Assembly (NCBI GenBank): GCA_036172245.1
Contig: JAYWIR010000107.1
Location: forward strand, 1 to 64,000
Direction of reading: 5' to 3'
Length of the DNA stretch: 64,000 nt
DNA from: Raillietiella orientalis
Lineage: Eukaryota
Made by a program: the position numbers and the translations under genes. The notes below the pieces were generated by a model. That model ran no database searches. It saw only the letters and a list, made by a program, of their open reading frames with translations, and was not told the DNA's origin. Position 1 is the first letter of the stretch. The number at the start of each line of letters is the position of its first letter. Shown piece by piece: positions 13,065-25,581 of the stretch.

Positions 13065-14775
13065 CTGCAGTAGGTGGTGACGCGCCTACCTGTTGGCCCT
13101 CCTCCTTGGGGGCGGTTTTGTTCAGGCAAGGCGACTGCAGGGAGGGTTTTGCCCCCCTGCTAACCCTCCTCCATGGGTGTGGCCTGCTCGACAGCTTCCG
13201 AGCGTGGGAGTTCCTCCTCCGGGGTTTCCACGCTGGCGACCGCTTCCGTCTTCTCCTTGCTAGTGGAGGGGAGGCGCCTCCTGGGCTTCTGGGACTTGGG
13301 TCTCGACTTCCTGGGGGTGCCTCCGAGGGGGAGTATGTGCTTCCGGCCTCCAGGTCCAACTCACCGGGGGGGTCTTCTTTGCCGGAGCCGGCATTCGCAC
13401 GGCCTTGCGAGAAGAGTTCTCACTCTCGACCAGCGTGGCCGCGAGCTCATCCGCCGCCTGCGCGAAGGCGGCTTCCTCGCTGTCGGGTCCCGCGTCGCAC
13501 TGCTCACCCTCTGTTTGCACAGAGGGTTCGCCGTCGCGAGCCTCGGACGCAGCGTAAACGACGAGGGGAGGCTTGTCGCCCCGGGTGGCCGCCTCGGGAA
13601 TGGCAATGCGTTCATGTGCCACCGTGCACTGCCGCAGAGTTTCTGAGAGCGGCCCAGGTTTTTTCGCCTTACCGGCCGGCTTTTTCTCTTCTTTCGCGGG
13701 TTCCTCGTTCGGAACCTTTTTTTCCTTTCGGATTTTTACAGCCTGCCAGCCCTCTTCCCCTTCCACTACTTTGGAAGTTCTTTCCTCCGAATTATGCGTC
13801 GAAGTTTGAGGGCTGGCAGCCTCTGCATGTCACTTTCAACTTTAGGTCTTGCGTCCGTCTTCACCTTTTTATCTGCGCCTTTTTGGCGGCAGGTGGCAGC
13901 GGAATGAGGCGCTTGGGGCACACGCGTTGAACGTGGCCACGCTCCCCGCACAGGTGGCACTGTATATTCGGGCATCTCTTGCAGAAGTGTCCTACTGTGT
14001 AACAGTACCCAGAGTAGCGGGGTTTCCCTACGTACCAGAGGTCTACCGGCTCTTGGCAGCCCTACAGCTTGTGAGATAGCGCTCCACCCTCTTTCACGGT
14101 GACACGCGCGGCGGTCTGCCCCCTGAAAAGGCTATTGTAGTCCTCGAAGGTAGTGGCGTTTGGCCACAGCGCGTGTACCTCACCGAACTACTTCAATTCT
14201 TCACCAACCGCAGACCGCGTCATGCGGCTGGTGATGCCGGTCAGATATTCCACTACGGAGCGGTCCATCGTGACTGGCAGGATCTTGTGCCCATCCATGC
14301 TTAGCAGGGTGATGATCAGAGTTTGCGCCAAGGTAATGTCCTTACAGACAACCTCGACGCGTTGACCCCCACTAAGCACAGATAAGCCGTCAAGATCCTT
14401 TTCTAGTACGTTGGCGTTCTGCAGAGCCTTCGTAAAGGCGCGTGCAGTTCGCCCATCAAAAAGATTGCCTACCTGGTATATTAAGCTAGGCTTGTACCAA
14501 GCTGCCCGGTAGGCGGCCATCTCCGCCATGGCTTCCGCGCTAGGCGCGGCCACCACGGCCCTCCATGCTCTCGGCGAGGCCGGGGATGACCTAGGGACGG
14601 ATGCTCCATATCCAGTAGGCTGTGGGGGTGGACAAGCCTACCACACACCTACCTCCATCGTGATGTCCTCAGGCAAGGCTGCTATCGGACATCAACGATA
14701 TTCCGCCCTAGAAAACCACTGAGATGAAGCCTACCTACTACTATCTTGGGAGCGAAGGAAAAACACGTCCGCCCA
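13065..14775 (-). mobile_element. Element B: 5' end and frameshifted ORF1 of a subfamily II LINE; 3' part missing
   Basis: MVAAPSAEAMAEMAAY...YQVGNLFDG, EEGWQ.VK and AADELAATL motifs in broken ORFs 14188..14556 and 13260..13766; GGACGTGTTTT at 14770-14760. Confidence 0.85.
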
Positions 14776-14783
14776 GCGGTGGT

Positions 14784-16896
14784 TGACACCCGGGTACGCC
14801 CGGGGCGTTTATTGGAAAAACTCTACATAAACGTGGTACGAGGCCCCACTAACGGCCACACAACACCGGACTTGCCGGGACGCCGGGACGCAGCCCGGCG
14901 TGAGGCTCCTCGGCAGTGGAGAAGGATAGGGATCAAAACAAAAAGAAAAAATAAAGATGAAGAAAACAAAAAAAGAGTTCGCAGGGAAAGGAAGGGATCA
15001 CAATCCACTGAGAGGAGGGCCCATCCTTCGCAGGATGCCCTCCAGGTCCATCTTCATGCTTCCCAGATGGGGACATCTCGCAGCTCTCTGCATGAAGCAG
15101 ACTGCATACGGGATGACATCTCTCGCGTTGGCTTCCACTCCTTCGTCGCGAATGTCGCTCCAGGCCGCCACGATGCCCCGGATGCAGCAGAGGGCTGCGA
15201 GGGCTGCGGCGGGCTGCAGGGCGTCCCGCACGAAGAGGGGCCGAAGAACGTCTCTGGGCGCGCTGCCCATTGGGAGCCCGAGGGTCGTTCCGAACCGTTC
15301 CCACAGGGGTCGGAGGACAGCACAATCAACAAGTATGTGGAGGAGCGAATCCCGCTCTCCGCACCTGGCACACGCAGGATCCACAGCTCCCCTCGTCCAG
15401 TGGAAGCGGCGCGCGTTGCCGGGTACACCCCAGTGCAACAGCAGCAGCGCCGACTCTTGCCACTTCAGGGGGAGAAGCCTGGATCCTATTAATATTGGGG
15501 GCCACTTCAGGTCATCCGTCGGGATGCCGAGCAGCTCGCCCCATCGACGAAGTCCACGCGGGAGGGCACTCGGGGTCGTGGCATCTGCCAGTTCTCCCAT
15601 GGTCCAACCGCTCATCTTCTTTTCCTTGCCTGCGATTCGGCAGGAGACTTGCCACTTTGGCTTGCGGCCGCTGGTTAAAGCCCTTCGTAGAAAGGGCAGG
15701 GTCGAAGCTAGAGTGGTAGTCTCCGCCCCCGTGCTCCTGGCGGGACACTCCAGAGTATTCCACAGTGTGCAGCAGGCGTTGGGGCCGAATCGCAGGCGGT
15801 TCCAGTCCGGGGAAGTCTGGAGGTTCAGCTTGGCCCACTTCGCAACGGATTCCTCCATCCAGGCGGAGAAGTTGGCATGGCTGCATACCGTCCAGCCGTT
15901 GTCTCTCACCAGGGCTTCCATGCGCCCACGGAGAAGGCCGCATCTTCTGACCTTCCTGCCAGAGCACAGAAGGTACGACGCGAGTCCTTGCGTCCTGGAC
16001 ACACGGCAGGCGAGGATGCGGGCCGGAACGCACCAAGAGGTGCACCATGACTTTGCTGCGATGCCGAGGGTGCGCCATCGCAGCTGTATGTCCAGGCGCT
16101 CCAGCGTCAGGAGGCCGAGACCGCCGTCCCGACGAAAAGCGTATAAGTCATCTAGAGGCACACTAGGCCTCCCGCTGCCCCAGAGGGCGATGCGCAGTAG
16201 GAACTTGGTCCTCTTTTTAATGTCACGGGGGACGGGGCAAACAAAAAGCAGGGGGCGGAGGATGGAAGCCGCGAACGCGTTCCACACCGTAGCCCGTTCC
16301 GGCAGAAGGAACTTGCCTTCCAGGAACGGGACGATTGCCAACTCTACCTTTTGGAGACGACCTGACCGGGACTTCTGCCTCGCAGAAGTCCCCCAACGGG
16401 ACACCCCTGTACTTCAGGTACCTGGCCGCGGGGATCCCCAAGCAAATCCAGTCGGGCCGTCCGACCCACGTCGCACCCACCGGTACGACCGACGACTTCG
16501 CCTTGTTTACCCGAAGTCCAGTCCCACGACTTAGCAGGTCGAAGAAATCCTCGACTTCGGCTGCCGGGGCGGACATGGGCAACATGAGCAGAAGGTCGTC
16601 GGAGTATGCTGCTACGGCGGGCGTTCCGGGGCACGAGCTTAGCAGGGCAGCCAAAGTCACCCTGTATGCTCTCAGCACCAACTCAAAGTAGGTGCTAAAG
16701 AGCAGGGGACTGAGGCTATCGCCCTGACGTATGCCCGCCGCAACGGCACGCCGTACACCTGTGGGCTAGAAAAGCAGATGTTAACGATGGCGTTGCGCCA
16801 GCACGAGCGTAGGAAGGAGAGAAGGGAGGGTGGGAAGCCAGTGCGACCCAGGAGCTCCAACAGTACCTCCTGGTCAACGCATTCGACCGCCTTGTG
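14784..16896 (-). mobile_element. Element B2: 3' half of a LINE (RT from HKA onward, C-terminal Zn motif, 3' terminus); frameshifted
   Basis: HKAVECVDQ, AYSDDLL and CARCGERDSLLHILVDC motifs; terminal AATAAA plus hairpin at 14813-14786. Confidence 0.88.
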
Positions 16897-18808
16897 CGCT
16901 CTAGTGCGGACGTGTTTTCTCGGTGTTCCTTGTGCCAAGAAGTCTCCCCCAGTACTAGCGTCGTGTGGGTCGGTGGTCGATCAGGCAGCGATGCCTGACG
17001 CGACCACCAGGGATGCCAGGGGGCAACGTCAACGCCGCCCACAGAGGCGATGGAGGTGGGGGCATCCGCCCCAACAGAATCGGTCCCCGCTGCAGCGCCG
17101 GCGTGGATCGCCGTTGTGTCGGCGCCATCGCCATACCAGAGATCGACAATTCCGCCGCGCCAAAACCCGCGGCGGAATTGTCAGCCTATGTGGAGGAGGG
17201 GTATAACCCCTCATTGTTCTACAAGGTAGGCAACCTCTATTCTTTAGAGAGCGCGCGCGCCTTTTCGAAGGGCATGCGCGCTGTTGATGTGAAAGAGAAG
17301 GAGCTCAGCGCTATGACCATCTGCAGCGGGGGTCAGTACGCTAAGGACATCTGCAAGCATGCAGAGCTGGCCCAACGACTGCTCAAAACCCCTGTTGTGA
17401 TGGGAACGCGCAGGCTCCTCCCCGCTACGGCGGACCGCAGCATGGTGGTCCACCTGTTAGGTGTTACCGCGCGGATGCGCAAGGAACAGGTTCGCGCCGC
17501 GTTGGAGGAATACGGAACGGTCCACACGCAGTGGACGAAAGTTAGTCCTTTCGAGGACTACACGGGGCTGCAACACGGCCTCACGGCTGCGCTCGTGACC
17601 GTTCGGGAGAGCTGCACTCTTCCCCACAAACTGGTGATCGAAGGCGAAATCGTCGACCTCTGGTATGTGGGGAAGCCGAAATACTGTGGCTTCTGCAATA
17701 CGTCGGGCCACCTCAAAAAGAGGTGTCCCAACGTGCAGTGCCAAGTATGCGGCACAATGTGTAACACGAGGGAGGTGTGCCTTAAAGCAGCAGTGTGGGT
17801 GGTTTCCAAGAGAAACCTTAAAAAACGCGCCCGGCTTCTGCAGAAAAGGCTGGCGGCGAAAGCTACCGCGAAGCCTGTGCCACCCGCGCCCTAGGCCCAG
17901 ACCGCACCCAAGACCCCGGCGACCAACGCCGAAAAAGTTGAGAAAGCCGGCCAGGAGAGTGGGTGGCAATTGGCAACGGCCAAAAAATCAAAGAAGGAGA
18001 GGAGATTAGAGAAAAAAATCGCGTACCGCCAGAAAAAAAAGCAGGCAAGCGAGCAGATAAAAGAATGCAGCGTTGTCGTGGAACGTATTCCGGACCGCTG
18101 CGAGAAAGAAATCGCCGCTACCGACGACAACCCCTCAATTGACTCCGTCAACAGCGATTTGAGCGAGCCGGCGGCGGCGACCGCGCGTCATCGACACCAC
18201 CATCGATGACGTAGCCTTCGCGCAAGCTGCGGAGGAACTGGCTGCCTCGTTGCAGCCAGAACCCTCAAAGGCTGGAAAGAAGGCCGTAAGGCGTCCGGTC
18301 TCCACTCAGGTGTCCCCTACTTGCGACCCCGAGGTGGAAGCCGGAAGCTCAGCCTCCATTTCCACGGCAACGCGCAAGAAGGCTGGACGTAAGTCCACAA
18401 AGCCAAGGAAGCTCGTCTCCCCCGTCAAAGAGGAAGAGATGGCTTCCACAAGCGAGGGTCCCATGAGCGTGGGAAACTCTCGGGACCCGTCGCCCGAGAG
18501 ACTCCCACGCACGGACACGGAGGAGATGGAGGGGGTGGAGGCCGATCAGGTGCCTCAGGTGTCTGAGAAGGTCGAAACCACCATGGACATCCCGCCCGCC
18601 TCGCAAGAGGCGGGCTCCCCCACACCTTAATCTTCCCAGCAGTAATGCCGGGAATCTCCTCCCGCCGTCGTCTCCGCATCGCCGTTTGGAACGTGAACGG
18701 CATGACAGACGCCGGCAGGAGACAAGACATGGCAACCCTTCTGGAGTCCTACGACCTTGCGCTGCTGCAGGAGATCCACGTGATCTCCGCAGAACAAGCG
18801 CAAGAGAT
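16897..18808 (+). mobile_element. Element C: subfamily I LINE, 5' end, disrupted ORF1 and first 55 codons of ORF2
   Basis: GGACGTGTTTT at 16908; CGFCNTSGHLKKRC knuckle; TAATG overlap at 18643-18647; WNVNG and LQEIH EN motifs; interrupted after EQAQEI. Confidence 0.9.
16908..16918 (+). promoter_or_regulatory. Conserved 5'-terminal GGACGTGTTTT motif (DPE-like); representative of 9 copies
   Basis: Also at 14770-, 31168-, 33479-, 34914-, 40639-, 52475- (AGACGTG), 55603+ and 61184+. Confidence 0.7.
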
Positions 18809-20517
18809 TTCTCACCCGATCACGCCGGGACGTTTATTCCATATAACATAAACAAAAAACAATTATACAAAATCAACCAGCTGGGAACCAAAGTCCCAAC
18901 CGACGACTGAACAAGAATGAAGAGAATATTGCTGGCACGCAGGCCAGAGTAACAGTTTTGCGAACGGTGTGGGGGGGCGGGGAACACAAAGGAACCAAAA
19001 TAAAATAAAAACAATGAATAAGGAGGACGGGATAAGGGTCTTTGGGATCGCTCTGGAAGAAACGGGGATAAAAGCATGGGCACGGGAAATTTTACCGAGC
19101 GAACGGGTACGGGGCATGGGTGGGCGAGAGGTCGCAGGGGTCACCGGATTACGCCGTTCTCAAAGGTGTGTAAACCGGTGATGTCCTCTTTCACCTTGTC
19201 ACCAAGATGACGGCACCTTGAAGCCGTCTCCATGAATTGAGTTGCAAGGAGGTGAGTTTCCCTTCGCTGCGCTGACAACTCCAGGGCGTAGCGGGCCTTC
19301 ACGATGGCGCGAACGCAACACATGGTTGCGACAGTCGCGCCAACCGAAAGTCCATTTCTGCTGAAGAAGCGCCGAAACACATCAATGGCAGTGCCTCCTT
19401 GTGGCATGATGGCCCAAGTAAGCCTTCGCCACAGTTAACGGCGGTCACCGCAGTCCAGCAAAAGGTGCGGAAAAGACTCGGTCTCTCCGCACCTTAAACA
19501 GTTTGGCAAAGCAGTTCCCCCGGAAACGATGCTTCGCTGCCTATTACAGTGCAATGCACAATGTAAAAAGAGCAGCACATATTGTTTCCAGTTTAGGGGG
19601 AACACGGAGCTGTCCAAACAAACGGGGGGAACCACTATCTCTCCGGGGGGCACACTTAAATGCTTGCTCCACCGAAGCAGGCCCTTCGCCCGATTCCGAG
19701 GAGTGGCGGCTTGCACCAGCTCCTTTGTCGTCCAGCTGCCGAGGAGCTTACTGACTCCCGCTATTTTGCAGGAGAACTCCCATTCCGCCGGTAGGCAACC
19801 GTCGTTGCTTGCCCTGAGGGCAGACACCGCTGCGGCGAGTGGTGTGGCGGCCAGACGATCCGACAACTTCTTGTCCTGCATGACTTCGTCCATTTGATGA
19901 CTGAGGAGTAGTCGCAGGCGCCGAAGATCTTCCGGGCTCATTCCTTCGGAAGCTGCAACGATGAAAAAGATTCCTGCCGCCATGTTTTAATGTTCATGGG
20001 GCGGCAGGATATCCAGCTTTGGACTTCCAGCAGTGAGAACAGTGCCTCAGCGGAAAGCCATACCCTATTCTGGTGTGCCGAAAGTGGGGTAGCAACGAAA
20101 GCAGTCCCTCGCTTCCCGTGCAGCGCCTCAGTATAAGGCGTGCGGGTAAGCACCACGCCGTACACCACAGCTTGGCACAGAGCCGCAGCATGCGAAACTG
20201 CTCCTGCAGTTCGATGCTGTTTAAGTCGAGGATGCGCAAGCCTGCATCCTGACGCGGAGCCACTAAGTCTTTAAGTCTAACACGGGATCTTGCAGCGCCC
20301 CACAACGCTTTGCGTAGAAGGCGCTGCGGCCAGACTTTGACTTCCTGGGGGGGGTGGACAAACAAAAAACAGGGGGCGGAGGAGGGGGGCAACGAAGGTG
20401 TTCCAGATGCAGGCCCGTTCCGGCAAGACGAAGTCGCCTCCTGAAAACAGGCCAAGTGCACGCTCTGCCTTCCGAAGGCAGTCCGACCACGCTTCTGAGA
20501 TGCAGAAGTTGCCCAAC
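18809..20517 (-). mobile_element. Element K: 3' part of a subfamily III LINE (post-RT ORF2 and 3' terminus), decayed
   Basis: PLGNFCISEAWSDCL, CLRCGETESFPHLLLDC; AATAAA plus hairpin at 18838-18812. Confidence 0.85.
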
Positions 20518-21914
20518 GGGATCACAGTTGCTGATGGGGCCGTTGCATCCTTTGCAGGAAGCCGGCTAGCTCCTTCTGTATTCCCGGATCCAGGTGGGGC
20601 CGTAACGGCGAGCCTGCAGATAGGCACGTTCGTTACGTTCCCCGTCCCCGAATCCCGCAGGTAGGCGGTGCAGAGGGAACTGGTCGCAGAACTCCTGGAC
20701 CGACCGTTTAAAGCGGTCCCAATCCTGAAGTGTCCGCATCCTAAAGCTCCGTATAAACGTGCGGAGATGTTCCGTCGCGTCCGGGAGCTTCAGTTAGTCC
20801 CCTGGCAAACGTCACGCTGACGAGGGGGGGCCCCTGTCGCGCGGATGGATTCCAATCACGATTGGTCGATGGTCGGACAACTCGCACGGCAACTTGCAGC
20901 GCCTGTCCACACGAGTGCACAGGTGCTCGTCAAGGAACACGTGATCGATGTTGTCCTCCATTCCTGGTACACTGGTCAACAAATTACAAGTGTGCACCGC
21001 CGCGCACTCCTCGTTGACCAGGTCACGCTCGTGATTCGGTCTATCCGGTTTCAGACGAACGTTAAAATCGCCTGCAACCAGATTGCATTCCGCACGCCTG
21101 CCTCGGTCAACCAGTCGCGATGAAGGGCAAGGAAAACTTCTTTCCTGGCCCTCCTGTTCTTCAGGTCCGCTTCGCTCGGGGCGTAAACGTTCGTAACGAT
21201 CAGCTCGATCGAGTCGGACCAACTGAGAGTCAGCTGGCCGACACGACCGTGATCCTCGAACCGCACTCCATGGGCGGCAGCTTCGATGGCAGGCCAAAGC
21301 AGGAAGGCGACACCACAACTTCTCGATGTTCCACACCGATACTACAGCCGCAATCCGGAGATGCCTTCGATCTCCTGCGCTTGTTCTGCAGAGATCACAT
21401 GGATCTCCTGCAGCAGCGCAAGGTCGGACGATACTAGAATGGCGGCCATGTCTCGTCTCCCGCCGGCGTCTGTCATGCCGTTCACGTTCCAAACGGCGAT
21501 GCGCAGACGACGGCGAAAGGAGATTCCAGGCATAACTGCCGGGAAGATGACGGTGTGGGGGAACCCGCCTCTTCTGAGGCGGGTGAGATGACCATTAGGG
21601 TTTCCGCCTCCTCAGGCACCTTGGGTACCTTTCCGGCTTCACCCCCTCCATCTCCTCCGTGTCTGTGCGTGGTGGTCTCTCGATTGACGATTCCCAGGAT
21701 TCTCCCACGTTCATGGCACCCTCGCAGTTGGAAGTCATCTCCACGCCTTCGACCTCGAGAGGGGCTTTCCAGGGTTTGCTGGACTTGGTTCCAGCCTTCC
21801 GGCGGGGTGCCGCGGAGATGGAAACTTGGTTTCCGGCCTGCCCTTCGGGGTCGGAAGTTACCGACTCCTCGGTGGAGGCAGGACGCCTCACTGCCTTTTA
21901 TCCAGCCTTGGAGG
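20518..21914 (-). mobile_element. Element D (downstream part): ORF1 end, EN domain, then an internal deletion to the ORF2 C-terminal 84 nt
   Basis: MPGISFRRRLRIAVWNVNG, GDFN and SDH motifs; ...YLQARRY joins directly to PHLDPGIQKELAG...HQQL* at ~20602. Confidence 0.82.
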
Positions 21915-22131
21915 TTTACACCCGGGTACGCCCGGGGCGTTTATTTTTTAAAAAAACAACTCTACATCCGCGGTACAAGGCCCCGCTCACGGCCATATGC
22001 ACTGGACCTGCCGGGACGCCGGGACGCAGCCCATCGTAGCGTTCCTCAGCAGCGAAGGGGGATGGCGATAAAACAAAAAGAAAAATGAAAAACATAAACA
22101 GACAAAAAGAAGTTGGAGGGCAGGGAAGGGA

Positions 22132-25100
22132 TCACTGAACGCTGTGAGGAGGGCCCATCCGTTGAAGGAAGCCCTGGAGGTCCGTCCGTATATTCCCCAG
22201 TTGGGGCCATCCGGCAGCTCTCCGCATGAAGCGTTGGGCGTATGGGACGACATCCCTCGCGTGTGGACCCACTCCTTCGTTATTGGCGTCGCTCCATGCC
22301 GCCACGATGCCACGGACACAGCACAAGGCTGCGATGGCTGCGGCTGGCTGCATTGCGTCCTTCACGAAGAGGGGCCGAAGAACGTCTCTGGGGGTGCTGC
22401 CCGTAGGGAGCCCTAGGGTCGCCCCGAACCGTTCCCAGAGGGGTCGGATGGAAGCACAATCCACAATAAGGTGGGGAAGCGACTCCCGCTTCCCGCACCT
22501 GGCACACGCAGTTTCCACAGCTCCCCTCGTCCAGTGGAAGCGGCGCGCGTTGCAGGGTAGACCCCAGTGCAACAAAAGCAACGCCGACTCTTGCCACTTA
22601 AGGGGCAGGATCCTGGATTCCTTTAATACCGGGGGCCACTTCAGCACATCCGTAGGGATGGCGAGCAGCTCGCCCCATCTAATTAGTCCACGCGGCTGGA
22701 CGCTCGGGGTCGTGGCGTCCGCCAGTTCTCCTGTGGTCCAGCCGCTTAACATCTTCTCCCTGCCTGCGATCTGGCAGGTGACTTGCCACCTCGGCTTCTG
22801 GCAATCCTGAAGCGCCCTCAGGAGGTAGGGCATCGCCGTAGCAAGGGGGGTCGTCAACGCCCACCTGCGACTCCGAGGAAATTCCAGTATTTCCCGCAGG
22901 GTGCGGTTGGCGTATGGGCCGATTCGCAGGCAGTTCATGTGGTTTTCGCTCCTGCTGTTCAGCTTAGCCCATGTGCCAGCAGACTCCTCCAACCAGGCGG
23001 AGGAGTTGGAGGGGCCACAAACCATCCAACCGTTCGTCTTCGCCAAGGTTGCTATGCGTCCGAGCATAAGGCCGCATCTTCGGATCTTCCGGCCAAGGCA
23101 CAGAAGAAACGACGCGAGTCCTTCGCATCGGGACACACGCCTGGCGAGGTGGCGGGCCGAAACGAACCAAGGGGTGCTTCACATCTTCGCTGCGATGGCG
23201 AGGGTTCGCCACCGCAGCTGAATTTCCACGCGCTCCAGCGTCAGGAGGCCAAGGCCGCCGTCCCGACGCGGAGCGCACAAGTCCTGCAGAGGGACTCGGG
23301 GCCTCCCCTTGCCCCAAAGGGCGATGCGGAGGAGGTCCTTCGTCCTCTTTTTGCATTCTCTGGGGGCGGGGCATACAAAAAGCAAGGGGCGGAGGATGGA
23401 AGCCGCGAAGGCGTTCCAAACCGCGGCCCGTTCCTGCAAGTGAAACTTGCCTTCCAGGAACGGGCCGATCGCCGTCTCGACTTTTTGAAGACAGCTGGAC
23501 CACGCTTCCGCAGGGGAGTAGTCACCCAACGGCACACCAAGGTACTTGAGGCACCTCGCCGTGGGGATCCCCAGACGGACCCAGTCCTGCTGCCCTGCCC
23601 ACGCCGCACCTACTGGCACCACCGACGACTTCGCCCTGTTGACCTGCAGTCCGGTCCCACGGCTGAGCAGATCGAAGAAGTCTCCGACCGCCCTTGCCGG
23701 GGTGGACATAGGTAACAGGAGCAGAAGGTCGTCGGCATAGGCTGCTACGGCGGGCGTGCCGGGACACGAGCTAGGCAAGGAGGCCAAAGTCACCCTGTAG
23801 GCTCTCAGCACCAACTCAAAGTAGGTGCTGAAGAGCAGGGGACTCAGGCTATCTCCCTGCCTGATGCCCCGCCGCACCGGCACGCCATGGACCTTCTGAC
23901 CTCTGAAAGAGACGGAAATTATCGCATGGCGCCAGCAGGAGCGCAGGTAGTTGATCAAGGAGGTTGGGAAGCCCATGCGACCCAGGAGCTCCAACAAAAG
24001 CCCCTGGTCAACACAGTCGAACGCCTTATGGAGATCGACTGCGAGCGCTAAGGCCCCCTTCCCCGCTCGGGAGTCCATTCCCTGCCCTGCTGGCGGCCCC
24101 AAAGTGGGGTTGCCGATTTTTCCTTTCCCTTCCTTTTGACACCTCTGCGCGTGCATCCACGTGCTCGCGAAGGAGAGGTTGGCATCCATACTTCGCCCGG
24201 GAACAGCATATGTCTGCTCCGGGCTAATAATGGATTCTGCCACCTGCCCCAGACGCGAAGCCCATAGCCCGGCAACCAACTTGGCGTCCGTATTCACAAT
24301 CGTGATCGGACGCCAGTTGTTCAAATTCCTAAGGTCTCCCCCTTTCGGAAGGAGCCTCACTCTGGCTGACCGAAACGAGGCGGGAACATCGCCTTCGTCT
24401 CGGATCAGCCTTGTCAGCTGAAGCAGCAGGGGTGCCAGCTCTTCCGCGAAGCTCTGATAGAACTCCGCGGGCAAGCCGTCTTCCCCTGGAGCTTTCCGCC
24501 TCTTGAGCCTTTTGATACCGGCGAGAATTTCGCCGGTCGTAAAAGGCTCATCGAGGCTTAACGACACCTCCTCCCCTATTGCCGGGGCACCATCCGGCAG
24601 CAAGAGCCGAGAGGCATCTTGATCCGGGGGCGCCCTGGCGTAAAGGAAGGAATAATAGCTCCGCACGAGATGCCGTACCGACGCCGGGGACGAACATTCC
24701 CGGCCCTGGTCGTCCAGCAAGCTGGCCGACCCGGATTGCCAGGCTTGGCGTTTGGCCCCGGCGCGGTACTCGGCCAGGCGACGGACATTAGGGGTTCGCT
24801 CGTACCTACGGGCCTGTAAATAGGCCCGATGGTTGCGAGGACCCTCGCCGAATCCGGAGGGCAGGCGGTCCAGGGGGAACTGCTCGCAGAATTCCCGGAC
24901 CGATTCCTTAAAAAGGTCCCAGTCTTGGAGATTCCGGAGCGTGACGCCTCTCAGGTATTCGCGAAGGTGTTCCTTCGCAACTGAGAGTCGCGTCCAGTCC
25001 CCCGGCAGACGCCAGTCTCTGGATGGCGGTCCTTTGTCGCGAGGCCGCACCTCGAAAATTAACCGGGAATGGTCCGACAACGTGGACGCAACCCTCCCCC

Positions 25101-25268
25101 GTTTGCCGACCCGTGAACACAGGTCAGCGTCGAGGAAGACGTGGTCGATGCTGCGGACCATTCCCCTCTCACCCGCGAACAAGTTGCGCGCACGCATGGC
25201 GGCGCACAACTCGTTCATCGCGTTCACCTGTGTTTCCGGCTCACCTGTTAGCAAGCGGAGATTGAAAT
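22132..25268 (-). pseudogene. ORF2 of element E (EN C-half, RT, Zn motif); one stop near 23179
   Basis: ORFs 23179..25275 and 22132..23136 contain SDH, WRPIT, VDLHKAFD, GIRQGDSLSP, YADD and CARCGKRESLPHLIVDC. Confidence 0.9.
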
Positions 25269-25581
25269 TTATCACCCGGTCACGCCGGGGCGTTTATTAA
25301 TAATAATAAACTGGTCAGGGACAATGTCCCCAACCAAGAGAACGACAGAGAACATAGAAAAATTACCGGCACGCAGGCCTGGTAAACAAACCGCTCGCAG
25401 CGTGGGGGGAATGAGGGGAAACAAACAAAAATCAAAAACTGGAGGGAAGGGAAAAGGGTTTTTGGTTAGGCTCCGTACTCACGGGGATTTATACGATGAG
25501 CACCTAAAATGTTCCGGAGCCTATGGGGACCCGGGTGTAAAAAGAAAATACAAATTTAGTTTATGGAGGGTAGGGCAATGA

